Positions 63,680-64,000 of a DNA stretch of 64,000 bases are shown here, piece after piece. The notes beneath the pieces were generated by a model. That model was not told where the DNA came from. It saw only the letters and a program-made list of their open reading frames with translations, and ran no database searches. The stretch spans positions 367,102,001 through 367,166,000 of the forward strand of contig OZ024741.1 in the NCBI GenBank assembly GCA_964016885.1, in the 5' to 3' direction. How positions within the stretch are numbered: position 1 is the stretch's first letter; each line of letters starts with the position of its first letter. The position numbers and the translations under genes are program-made. The DNA comes from Eledone cirrhosa (taxonomy: Eukaryota).

Positions 63680-64000
63680 CTGGAGATTAAACAAACAGAA
63701 CAACTTTGGTGACAAAACAAAATAAAAAATGTGGATAAATATTGATGTGGGATAGCACATTTGAGCTTTTTGATACCAACCCTCCCAAAACAGTGTCAGG
63801 GTCTATGAAAAAAAAAACCCACTTGTTTAAAAAGGCTCTTTTAAAATTAAAATCATCACCATTGATTTTACCTTGATATTTCCATGTTGGATGTATTGGA
63901 TGGGACTTTTGAGACAGCTGGATACTCTTCTAGATACTAACACTTGTAGTGATTTCTCATGACACACAGAGATATGGTGTACCTATTCTAAACCAGATTC

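Overview
AT-rich, microsatellite- and transposon-dense animal genomic DNA. The repeat landscape looks like a cephalopod/Octopus genome, which is an inference from composition, not a match. Two convergent, intron-rich genes were reconstructed by hand. The first is an SR-protein kinase (SRPK) on the + strand: 13 coding exons from 4022 to the stop at 53549, about 641 codons visible, start codon not found in the window. The second is the 3' part of a plastin/fimbrin gene on the - strand: 6 exons from 63679 to the stop at 55672. SRPK intron 26814-27979 is a U12-type (minor spliceosome) intron. The introns are packed with RTE-clade LINE fragments carrying a PHD-like finger inside the RT, tRNA-derived SINEs, piggyBac-like and hAT-like MITEs, and Penelope-like element (PLE) remnants. 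The most striking signal is a non-coding 927-bp insertion (12296-13222) bounded by a target-site duplication. It consists of tandem units that each carry a minimal type-I hammerhead ribozyme (433 nt apart, - strand) and ends in a 162-bp palindrome, i.e. a retrozyme-like / PLE pseudo-LTR array. Further hammerhead motifs occur at 39255-39324 and 81-160, and a variant-core candidate at 22992-23082. Most ORFs in the supplied track are microsatellite or antisense-LINE noise.
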